Source: an uncultured virus (IMG/VR IMGVR_UViG_3300026551_000002)
Taxonomy: Duplodnaviria > Heunggongvirae > Uroviricota > Caudoviricetes
Reading direction: 5' to 3' (one strand)
DNA: 20,000 nucleotides
IMG/VR virus record: IMGVR_UViG_3300026551_000002
Positions 7,549 through 15,041 of the stretch are shown here, in pieces. A program made the translations under genes and the position numbers. The notes beneath the pieces are model-generated. The model had not been told where the DNA came from, did not search any database, and saw only the letters and a program-made list of their open reading frames with translations. The stretch's first letter is position 1. The number at the start of each line of letters is the position of its first letter.

Positions 7549-8338
7549 CAACTACAGTCAGCATCAGTCTACCACAGCCCTAGCAGTTTTCCAAGCATTG
7601 CCCTTTGATGCTATCCGTCTCTTTGATGAGCAAGGCAATGAATACTGGTCAGCTCGTGACCTTCAGGAATTGCTTGGATACCTAACATGGGAAAGATTTG
7701 AAGACGCTCTCGAACGAGCATCAATAGCCTGTAACAATAGCGGAGAAGAGCCTTCAGGTCATTTCGTCAACGCCGCGAAGCCAATAATTTCAGGAAAAGG
7801 AAGAGAGCAAGATATTAAAGACTACCATCTTACTCGTTATGCCTGTTACCTTACAGCACTAAACGGCGATCCTCGTAAACCAGAAATATCGGCTGCTCAA
7901 ACTTACTTTGTAATGAGAACAAGAGAGGCAGAGCAGAAACAACTCACACTGCAAAGGAGTACATTCATCCGTGCTTTGTGTGATCCGCAAGAATTGCGTC
8001 AAGCAATCGTATCTCATGAAGGAAAGATACAAGGACTAAAAGGCGACGTTCAAATCTTGGAGAAAGAGGCAACCTTGCTCCAAATGAATGAAGAATTTCT
8101 CTATCCTGAGCAAGCTACACCAAGAAAAATGAGTAGTGATCCAATTGAGCAAGCAATTTATGAGTACCTTTCAACTAAGAAAGTACAACTTATGGCTAGC
8201 CAACTACGATCATGTTACACCATTAAGGACATGCCTACTGTGTACATAGCCCGAATTTGTATGCATATGGTAAAGAATGGACTCTTGCAAAAGATAGATC
8301 CTATCCATCCACAAACCGCTTGTAGATTTTTCGTGTAG
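7541..8338 (+). CDS. DinD/Bro-N-domain protein (antirepressor-like)
   Basis: YWSARDLQELLGY, DYHLTRYACYL, NGDPRKPEISAAQTYF; C-terminus unrecognised. Confidence 0.8.
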   Translation: MSNNYSQHQSTTALAVFQALPFDAIRLFDEQGNEYWSARDLQELLGYLTWERFEDALERASIACNNSGEEPSGHFVNAAKPIISGKGREQDIKDYHLTRYACYLTALNGDPRKPEISAAQTYFVMRTREAEQKQLTLQRSTFIRALCDPQELRQAIVSHEGKIQGLKGDVQILEKEATLLQMNEEFLYPEQATPRKMSSDPIEQAIYEYLSTKKVQLMASQLRSCYTIKDMPTVYIARICMHMVKNGLLQKIDPIHPQTACRFFV

Positions 8339-8365
8339 TTTACCGGAGCCAATAAAACATCAGTC

Positions 8366-8396
8366 AAGGGACCTGGAAGGAGACGGGTCCCTTTTT
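8366..8396 (+). terminator. intrinsic terminator
   Basis: AAGGGACC/GGTCCCTT stem plus T-tract. Confidence 0.7.
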
Positions 8397-8459
8397 GTTG
8401 CCATCAAAGTTACACAAGGTATTCCCCTCGCAAGGTGGTATGCAAACTATCCTATACCG

Positions 8460-8488
8460 TTGACAACTGAACAATAATATTCTAAAAT
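8460..8488 (+). promoter_or_regulatory. promoter for HNH-1
   Basis: TTGACA-17 bp-TAAAAT. Confidence 0.75.
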
Positions 8489-8531
8489 GTTCGATACTAT
8501 TTACAGCTTCCAACGAACAAGGGATAGAGCC

Positions 8532-9398
8532 ATGACTGAAGACATTCCAATGAAGAAATGCACAGGACCATGTGGGCAAGAGTATCCTGCTACTTCTGAG
8601 TACTTCAACTCTGATAAAAACGGAAAATATAAACTAAAAGCTAGATGTAGAGAATGTTTAAGTACTTACAGCAAAGAACGTAACAAACGTCCAGAAATAA
8701 AACTAAGAGCACAAGAACGTGAAAAAATACGCACAAGACAATATAAAAGCAATTTAGAGCGCAGATCAAAACAAGCTGCACGTAAAAAAGAACGTTACCA
8801 TAACGATACAGAATATCGAACACGAAAACTTGCCATAGATAAAGCTTATCATAATCGTCCTGAAGTGAAAGAACGAAAACATGCTTATAATCAAGAATAT
8901 GGCAAAGAATACCGCAAACGCCCAGAAGCACGAGAAAAACGTCGAACTAGAGACAATGCAAGAAACCATCGTCCAGATATACGCGCAAAAAGATTAATCA
9001 AATTTCAAGAATACCGTAACCGTCCAGAAATACAAGAACGCAGACGTGCCTACAAAAAATATTACAACAAACGCCCAGAAGTACAATTAATGAGCCGTAC
9101 TTATAATCATACCAAACGTGCCCTTAACAGATCAGTCAAAGGTACCCATACCCATGAACAAATCCAAGAAAAGCTTAAAAAGCAAAAGCACAAGTGCTAC
9201 TACTGCAAAGCTCGACTTAGAAAAATCAAAGGTAGATACATTTACCACATTGAACACACCTTCCCACTCAGCCGCGTAGTAGGGACCGATATACCAGCCA
9301 ATAGCATTGACTACCTCGTGCTCTCATGCCCTACTTGCAACCTCAGTAAAGGCGATAAGTTCCCTTGGGAATGGGCAGAAGGTGGAAGACTCTTATAA
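8532..9398 (+). CDS. free-standing HNH endonuclease 1 (Zn ribbon + 17-aa repeats + HNH)
   Basis: CTGPC..CREC; CYYC, HIEHTFPLSR, CPTCNLSKG. Start revised to 8532 from paralog alignment and promoter position. Confidence 0.9.
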   Translation: MTEDIPMKKCTGPCGQEYPATSEYFNSDKNGKYKLKARCRECLSTYSKERNKRPEIKLRAQEREKIRTRQYKSNLERRSKQAARKKERYHNDTEYRTRKLAIDKAYHNRPEVKERKHAYNQEYGKEYRKRPEAREKRRTRDNARNHRPDIRAKRLIKFQEYRNRPEIQERRRAYKKYYNKRPEVQLMSRTYNHTKRALNRSVKGTHTHEQIQEKLKKQKHKCYYCKARLRKIKGRYIYHIEHTFPLSRVVGTDIPANSIDYLVLSCPTCNLSKGDKFPWEWAEGGRLL

Positions 9399-9522
9399 AT
9401 ATTAAGCCAAGTTACACAAGACATCATTGCCCAATGGTTGTGCTTTTCCCTATTGACGTGCGAGTTACAATAAATGCATTAAAACGTGTAGTTTTTATAC
9501 AAGATTTGAAAGGATTTCAAGC

Positions 9523-10053
9523 ATGAAACAACAATTTATGCTCCTCTTTGGATTGATCATTCTTACAGGAACAATTCTGGCTTGCGGAGAGAGTAACACA
9601 GGCACAACTGCTAACAATACTGGTAGCAGCACTACAACAAACGCTAGTAACAAACCAACTCAGCACTTCAAGATAGGTGATACTGTCAACGTCGGCTCTA
9701 TCTGGCAAATTGTCGTAAGCAACGTCCGAACAGTACCACCGGGCCAATTTGACACACTCAAGTCTGGAGATGCCTACACAGGCATTGATGTCACCTTTAA
9801 GAACATCTCCAACAAAGAAGAGAGCCTTTATGGAGATGCTGATTGGACTCTGAAGGATACATCAGGACAAAAATACAATAATGCCTATGTCTCTGATTTC
9901 CCCAATGCTCCAGAGGGCAAAGTAGAACCTGGTGATCCTGCCAAGGGATCACTCATTTTTGAAGTACCGAGCACTACTAAACAATTTACGCTGGCATTTG
10001 AAAATAACTCTTTCACTTCAGGCCAAACCATATGGGATTTATCTACATCTTGA
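9523..10053 (+). CDS. DUF4352-like lipoprotein
   Basis: Signal peptide with lipobox ILAC, T/N/S-rich linker, FKIGDTV, LKDTSGQKY, GKVEPGDPAKGSLIFEVP. Confidence 0.8.
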   Translation: MKQQFMLLFGLIILTGTILACGESNTGTTANNTGSSTTTNASNKPTQHFKIGDTVNVGSIWQIVVSNVRTVPPGQFDTLKSGDAYTGIDVTFKNISNKEESLYGDADWTLKDTSGQKYNNAYVSDFPNAPEGKVEPGDPAKGSLIFEVPSTTKQFTLAFENNSFTSGQTIWDLSTS

Positions 10054-10102
10054 CATCTCTGCTATACTGGAAACCGCATGATGGTACCGACTCAAGAGGA
10101 AA

Positions 10103-10144
10103 CAAAAAAGAGCCCTTACTGGCAAGAACGGGGGCTCTTTTTTG
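10103..10144. terminator. bidirectional terminator hairpin
   Basis: CAAAAAAGAGCCC/GGGCTCTTTTTTG. Confidence 0.75.
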
Positions 10145-10223
10145 TGGGAACTTTCATTCAATTCATGGGAATATTTGCCCAATTTGTGAGAAATGAAAGC
10201 TCTATTTGGGAACATGCCCAATG

Positions 10224-10266
10224 AAAAAAGAGCAACTGGACTCTGGCAAACAGTTGCTCTTTTTTT
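10224..10266. terminator. bidirectional terminator hairpin
   Basis: AAAAAAGAGCAACTG/CAGTTGCTCTTTTTT. Confidence 0.75.
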
Positions 10267-10318
10267 GCTTCTCAAGAAAGGAGACAATAGCCATGAGCAG
10301 TATAGCACACTTTCAAAA

Positions 10319-10381
10319 CTAATCTTGATACTTCTTTGCCTGTTGACTCCACAAATAAGGCCAATACTTCTTTGATGCCTT
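10319..10381 (-). pseudogene. orphan 3'-end remnant of the 11558-11857 gene
   Basis: Encodes KASKKYWPYLWSQQAKKYQD* versus EASKRYWPYLWSQQVKRYRD. Confidence 0.85.
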
Positions 10382-10382
10382 G

Positions 10383-10553
10383 CTACTCTTTTGCTGACAA
10401 TGCCTTTACGCGATCTTCTTCAGTGTAATATCTACGATTAGAAGCTTTCCGCTTAGCTTTAAGTATGCCCAACCTATCCCAACGCTGCAAAGTCTTTACT
10501 GAAACCCCCACAAGCTTAGCAAACTCAGTTGCATTGTATATTTTTTCTTCCAT
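10383..10553 (-). CDS. 56-aa MerR-like HTH (IS607 TnpA N-terminal-like), probably leaderless
   Basis: MEEKIYNATEFAKLVGVSVKTLQRWDRLGILKAKRKASNRRYYTEED; TAGACA-17-TAGTAT promoter ends 6 nt before the ATG. Confidence 0.8.
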   Translation of the reverse strand: MEEKIYNATEFAKLVGVSVKTLQRWDRLGILKAKRKASNRRYYTEEDRVKALSAKE

Positions 10554-10643
10554 ACACACATACTAACACCCTTGCACACTTCTGTCTAGATGTGCTATAA
10601 TCACTTATGAACACTTATACACACAAATAAAAGGACAAAAATC

Positions 10644-11537
10644 ATGAGTGATATTCCAATAAAGAAATGCACCGGCGCGTGTGGACAAGAGTATCCTGCT
10701 ACTATTGAATACTGGCATCGCAAAAATGGAGGTAAATATGGATTTTGTGCCAAGTGTAAAGCATGCGTAAACGAAGAAAAAGCAAATCAATATAGCGATC
10801 CAGAAAAACGCAATAAAGTACTAAAAATCAATAAAAATAGCTACCATAAACCTGATGTACATGAACGTATTCTTGCTCAAAAGAAAGAATACAGTAGTCA
10901 ACCAGAAGTGAAAACACATAGAGAAACTTATAACAAAGAATACTACACAAACAACAAAGAATATATTCAAAATCAACATAAAGGATATTATAATCTTCCT
11001 GAAATAAAAGAACACAGAAAAAACCAAAGTAAAAAATATCTAAATAGACCAGATATACGTGAGCATAAACAAAATTACCGCAAAACATATATGAATCGAC
11101 CAGGAATGAAAGCACATAGAAAAGCTTACATTGAAAAATACTATAATCGGCCAGGAATGAAAGAACGCAAGAAAGCTTATATGCAAAAATATCTTAAAGA
11201 ATACATGCTTAGACCTGGAATACGTGAACGTATGTATGCTATTGGACACGCCTACCGTGCTCGTAAAAAATCTATTAAAGGCACGCATACCCCACAACAA
11301 ATTCAAGATCAACTAAAACGACAAAAGCATAAATGCTACTATTGTCAGAAAAAATTCAATAAAATTAAAGGTCAATCACAATATCATATTGAACATACAT
11401 TCCCTATTTCTCGTGTTGCTGGTACTGACATCCCTGCCAATAGTATTGAATATCTAGTATTAGCATGCCCTACATGCAACACAAGTAAAGGAAACAAATT
11501 TCCTTGGGAATGGCCTCAAGGCGGAAGATTATTGTAA
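10644..11537 (+). CDS. free-standing HNH endonuclease 2 (paralog of HNH-1)
   Basis: Same N-terminal Zn ribbon and near-identical C-terminal HNH domain; promoter TTGCAC-18-TATAAT at 10572-10601. Confidence 0.9.
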   Translation: MSDIPIKKCTGACGQEYPATIEYWHRKNGGKYGFCAKCKACVNEEKANQYSDPEKRNKVLKINKNSYHKPDVHERILAQKKEYSSQPEVKTHRETYNKEYYTNNKEYIQNQHKGYYNLPEIKEHRKNQSKKYLNRPDIREHKQNYRKTYMNRPGMKAHRKAYIEKYYNRPGMKERKKAYMQKYLKEYMLRPGIRERMYAIGHAYRARKKSIKGTHTPQQIQDQLKRQKHKCYYCQKKFNKIKGQSQYHIEHTFPISRVAGTDIPANSIEYLVLACPTCNTSKGNKFPWEWPQGGRLL

Positions 11538-11557
11538 TCAACCTTAAAACATGACTT

Positions 11558-11857
11558 CTAAAACTGAGAGTCCCTATATCTTTTTACTTGTTGTGACCAC
11601 AGATAAGGCCAATATCGCTTACTGGCTTCCGTGAGATACACAGAATTAACCTCCATATCTTCGATACTCTGTGGAAATACCCTCCAGTGTGATTTCTTGG
11701 CACCTTTGGTTACAGGTTCTGGCATATGAGCTTGTACCCAACCATTTTTAATCCAATGCCTCACAGTCTTCATGCTCACATGATAAATCTCACTTACCTG
11801 ACGTACCGTGTAATAATCCTTTTGTACACGGATGTTATTTAACGTGATGTGTTGCAT
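11558..11857 (-). CDS. excisionase-like HTH protein with C-terminal extension
   Basis: YYTVRQVSEIYHVSMKTVRHWIKNGWV; RBS AGAAAGGA. Confidence 0.8.
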   Translation of the reverse strand: MQHITLNNIRVQKDYYTVRQVSEIYHVSMKTVRHWIKNGWVQAHMPEPVTKGAKKSHWRVFPQSIEDMEVNSVYLTEASKRYWPYLWSQQVKRYRDSQF

Positions 11858-12139
11858 ACATATGAATGTCCTTTCTGTAAAATATGATGGCTCCCTGGTG
11901 GTAGTGAGAGTGTCAAATTAACCAGGAAGCCAAACTAAGGAGACTAATCCTTTGCAAAGGTATGAATAGTATAGCATGGGTTGCAAACTACTCTATATCG
12001 CAATGAGAAGGTCAACAGATAGCTTTGCCCTATCATAACACCCCAAAGAAAAGCACATCTCCCAGGCCAATAAAAGAGATGTGCTTTACCATCCGTACCC
12101 TACTTGCAAAGATTATAGCATCCCCATGCAAACCTAACA

Positions 12140-12604
12140 CTACTCTACATAATCCGCAAGTGCTCTGATAAGATCAGGATTTTCTTTCATATTCCCCAAT
12201 GCAGTGTTACAAGTTTTGCACAAAAGACCTCTTACCATTCCTGTACTATGGCAATGGTCAACTGCCAATGCTCGTATTTTACCTTTTTGTTTTGCGGTTT
12301 CTGGTTGTTTGCATACTGCGCATAATCCATTTTGTTTCGCAAACATACAATCATATTGCTCAATAGTAATTCCATACTTTTTACGCAACTTTTGTTTACG
12401 TCTTTGTTTTGAATTATCTTTTTTACTATAATTTTCTCTACGAAAATCATTTACGCACTTCTTGCATTTATAATATAAACCATCTTTAGTAATACCACTA
12501 TGGTAAAAATAATCAAAAGTAGCATCAAGCATACGCCCACAAGGACCTGTACATTTCTTCAAAATGGGATTGCTGTCTTGAGAGGAAAATGATAAAGTAT
12601 TCAC
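12140..12604 (-). CDS. endonuclease VII-family (T4 gp49-like) free-standing nuclease
   Basis: KYGITIEQY..M...Q.G.CAVC, LAVDHCH, VRGLLCKTCNTALG; RBS AGGAG before GTG 12604. Confidence 0.9.
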   Translation of the reverse strand: MNTLSFSSQDSNPILKKCTGPCGRMLDATFDYFYHSGITKDGLYYKCKKCVNDFRRENYSKKDNSKQRRKQKLRKKYGITIEQYDCMFAKQNGLCAVCKQPETAKQKGKIRALAVDHCHSTGMVRGLLCKTCNTALGNMKENPDLIRALADYVE

Positions 12605-12681
12605 GATACATCTCCTAAGCTGATGTGTCCACGCCTCCGGTTGTTTCAGCAACGCGGGGGCAAAACCATATTTATGAGATT

Positions 12682-12710
12682 ATTATACCACACTATAGAG
12701 CAGTTTGCAA
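12682..12710 (-). promoter_or_regulatory. promoter for the EndoVII gene
   Basis: TTGCAA-17 bp-TATAAT with TGn on minus strand. Confidence 0.7.
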
Positions 12711-12744
12711 CAATATCATTCATACTAAAACCTTCTCAATACTA

Positions 12745-12773
12745 TTGACAACTGACCATAACTAATCTATACT
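12745..12773 (+). promoter_or_regulatory. promoter of the replication operon
   Basis: TTGACA-17 bp-TATACT. Confidence 0.8.
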
Positions 12774-12812
12774 ACAAATAACAGTTATAACAGTTCATAG
12801 AAAGGATGGCCA

Positions 12813-12983
12813 ATGAACACTCAAATCTCAAAACCGGAACCTCCAGTTGTGCAGTCAATCCGGTTCCCTCGTGACCTTTGGAATGAACTTCAAAAAAAAG
12901 CAGGTGAAGGATCATTCAATAAAATTGTTATTCGTGTACTCCAAGCCCAAATTGAACAAGAGAAAAAGGAAAAAGCATCATGA
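12813..12983 (+). CDS. 56-aa ribbon-helix-helix protein
   Basis: MNTQISKPEPPVVQSIRFPRDLWNELQKKAGEGSFNKIVIRVL; RBS AGAAAGGA; ATGA overlap with next gene. Confidence 0.75.
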   Translation: MNTQISKPEPPVVQSIRFPRDLWNELQKKAGEGSFNKIVIRVLQAQIEQEKKEKAS

Positions 12984-13297
12984 CGAAACAGTGGGGAGAT
13001 CTCACTCTTCTAGAGCAAAGAAAGCGTGAACTTTTAGCCAGTGAAGGAATTGTTTGTGGACAATGCGGTAAATCTGTCTCTTCGATAGTCTACTGGTGTG
13101 ATGATTGCCAGAAACAACACGAGCAAGAATGTGAAACTGATATCCATGAAAATCGTTCTTATGACGAAAATGGAGAAGAACACATTCAACTCATCAAAAA
13201 TGATACAGGTGAACTTCTAGACGAATTCACAACCGTATCACTCCACGATGATCCTACATCAGAACAATTACAAGCAATGCTTGATTGGGCAAATTAA
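12980..13297 (+). CDS. acidic Zn-ribbon protein
   Basis: CGQC...CDDC, acidic C-terminus. Confidence 0.65.
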   Translation: MTKQWGDLTLLEQRKRELLASEGIVCGQCGKSVSSIVYWCDDCQKQHEQECETDIHENRSYDENGEEHIQLIKNDTGELLDEFTTVSLHDDPTSEQLQAMLDWAN

Positions 13298-13317
13298 ACA
13301 AAAGAAAGAGGTAGATA

Positions 13318-14928
13318 ATGCTCAAAACAGTTTTTCAACCATCCACATATCAAAGGGCAATCTTCCAAGCTGTAAAAGATGGAGAAAAATCCCTAGTAAT
13401 CACCGCTTGCCCTGGCAGTGGCAAAACAACTACCATTCAACAGATCATACGTTACATTCCTGCCAATGCAACTGTACTCATGGTAGCATTTAATGTCGAA
13501 GCATCTAGGCAACTTCAATCAAAAGTTGATGATATCTCAAGAGCAATGCATGATGAAAACATGGCTACACCTCTGGTGAATTGCTCAACTATCCACAGCC
13601 TTGGCAACCAAACAATTAGCTCTGCTGGCATTCGCGGACAAGCCAAAGGTTATAAGTATTCAAAAATTGCTAAAGAATACCTTCAATCGCAAGGTGTCTT
13701 TGACAAGAATACTCCCCAAGATCTTACAGATTTATGCGACAAAGTACGCTTGACACTTTCCTCATTTCAAAAGCCAGATGGAGAAATCGATGAAGCTGTT
13801 CTGCAAAACCTTTGTGATCGATTTGAAATTGAGTTTGACGAGAAATACAAACAAATTTGCTTCAATGCGGTTCCAAAGATCTTGAAAGTCGGTATTGATC
13901 AAGCCCGCATAGGAAACATCGACTTCACAGATATGATTTGGCTTCCTGCAATTTTAGAATTGCAACCACGCCGATATGACCATGTTCTAGTAGACGAGGC
14001 ACAAGATCTAAATCCTGCACAACTTGCACTGGTATTAAAAGCCAGAAAACCAAATGGAAGATTTATAGCAGTGGGAGATGTCAATCAAGCCATATATGGC
14101 TTTGCAGGAGCATCTCTTGAAAGCATTCAAGAAATTATTGAAGCAACAGATGCCAATACACTGCCTCTCTCAATCTGCTATCGTTGCCCAACATCGGCTA
14201 TCCAGAAGGCAGCATCAATCTATTCAGGGATTGAAGCCGCGCCCAATATGCCCAAAGGGGAAATCAGAACAATTTTAGACAAAGACATAACAGATTTAGC
14301 ACGGCCAGGTGACTTGATCCTTAGTCGCTGCACAGCACCACTAGTAAGCCTTTGTCTTGAACTTCTTCGAGATGGCAAACGTGCCACGATACGTGGGCGT
14401 GATTTGGGCAAGTCTCTCGGCAAAGCAATTGATCAAATCAAAAAATATTGGCAACAAGTCCAATACGGTCAACTTAGTATTGATGATTTGCCAATAGCAA
14501 CAGGGATGTTTCTTAGTGCCCAACTAGACTCCCTGCAAGGGGATGGTCATGAAATGAAGCGTGCAAACTTGCAAGATAAGATTGACACGCTCTTATGTCT
14601 TCTAAGTCACTACACAGCTAACCATACCCACAAAAGCCTTGAAGGGTTCCAAGAATACATCATCAATTTTTTTGAAGAGGATAAAAATGCCCAGATCATC
14701 CTTGCAACTGGACATAGAGCCAAAGGGCTAGAATATCCTCGCGTATTCATTGTTAGCTCTAACAAGCAACCTCATCCTCTTGCAAAAACATCTGAAGCAA
14801 TCACACAAGAGTATAACCTAATGTACGTCATGTACACCAGGGTACTCTATCAAGCACACACCAATGGAAGCGGCACACTATTCCTAGGAATTGACGAAAA
14901 CTTCCAAAGAATAGAAGAATCATACTAA
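13318..14928 (+). CDS. UvrD/Rep-like superfamily 1 helicase
   Basis: ACPGSGKTT, VDEAQD, GDVNQAIYGFAGA, YRCP, TGHRAKGLEY, YVMYTR. Confidence 0.92.
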   Translation: MLKTVFQPSTYQRAIFQAVKDGEKSLVITACPGSGKTTTIQQIIRYIPANATVLMVAFNVEASRQLQSKVDDISRAMHDENMATPLVNCSTIHSLGNQTISSAGIRGQAKGYKYSKIAKEYLQSQGVFDKNTPQDLTDLCDKVRLTLSSFQKPDGEIDEAVLQNLCDRFEIEFDEKYKQICFNAVPKILKVGIDQARIGNIDFTDMIWLPAILELQPRRYDHVLVDEAQDLNPAQLALVLKARKPNGRFIAVGDVNQAIYGFAGASLESIQEIIEATDANTLPLSICYRCPTSAIQKAASIYSGIEAAPNMPKGEIRTILDKDITDLARPGDLILSRCTAPLVSLCLELLRDGKRATIRGRDLGKSLGKAIDQIKKYWQQVQYGQLSIDDLPIATGMFLSAQLDSLQGDGHEMKRANLQDKIDTLLCLLSHYTANHTHKSLEGFQEYIINFFEEDKNAQIILATGHRAKGLEYPRVFIVSSNKQPHPLAKTSEAITQEYNLMYVMYTRVLYQAHTNGSGTLFLGIDENFQRIEESY

Positions 14929-14932
14929 AAAT

Positions 14933-14976
14933 AGAGGCTAGCGTTAATCCTAGTAAAATTGTTGCTAGCCTCTTTT
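14933..14976 (+). terminator. intrinsic terminator
   Basis: AGAGGCTAGC/GCTAGCCTCT stem plus T-tract, long loop. Confidence 0.6.
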
Positions 14977-15041
14977 GTCACCACAACTTACACGTAGTAT
15001 ATCACATTAGTGCTAAAACTATCAACACATAGGAAATGTAG

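Noticed and set aside
10383..10553. IS607 element
   Set aside because: No serine recombinase domain and no tnpB.
8641..11312. Minus-strand hydrophobic ORFs inside the HNH genes
   Set aside because: Shadow frames of A-rich, Lys/Arg-rich coding sequence.
8532..12604. Group I introns hosting the endonucleases
   Set aside because: Each nuclease has its own promoter and I saw no intron core or split exons to rejoin.
12847..13029. 60-aa ORF
   Set aside because: The alternative frame 12813-12983 has an RBS and an RHH pattern.
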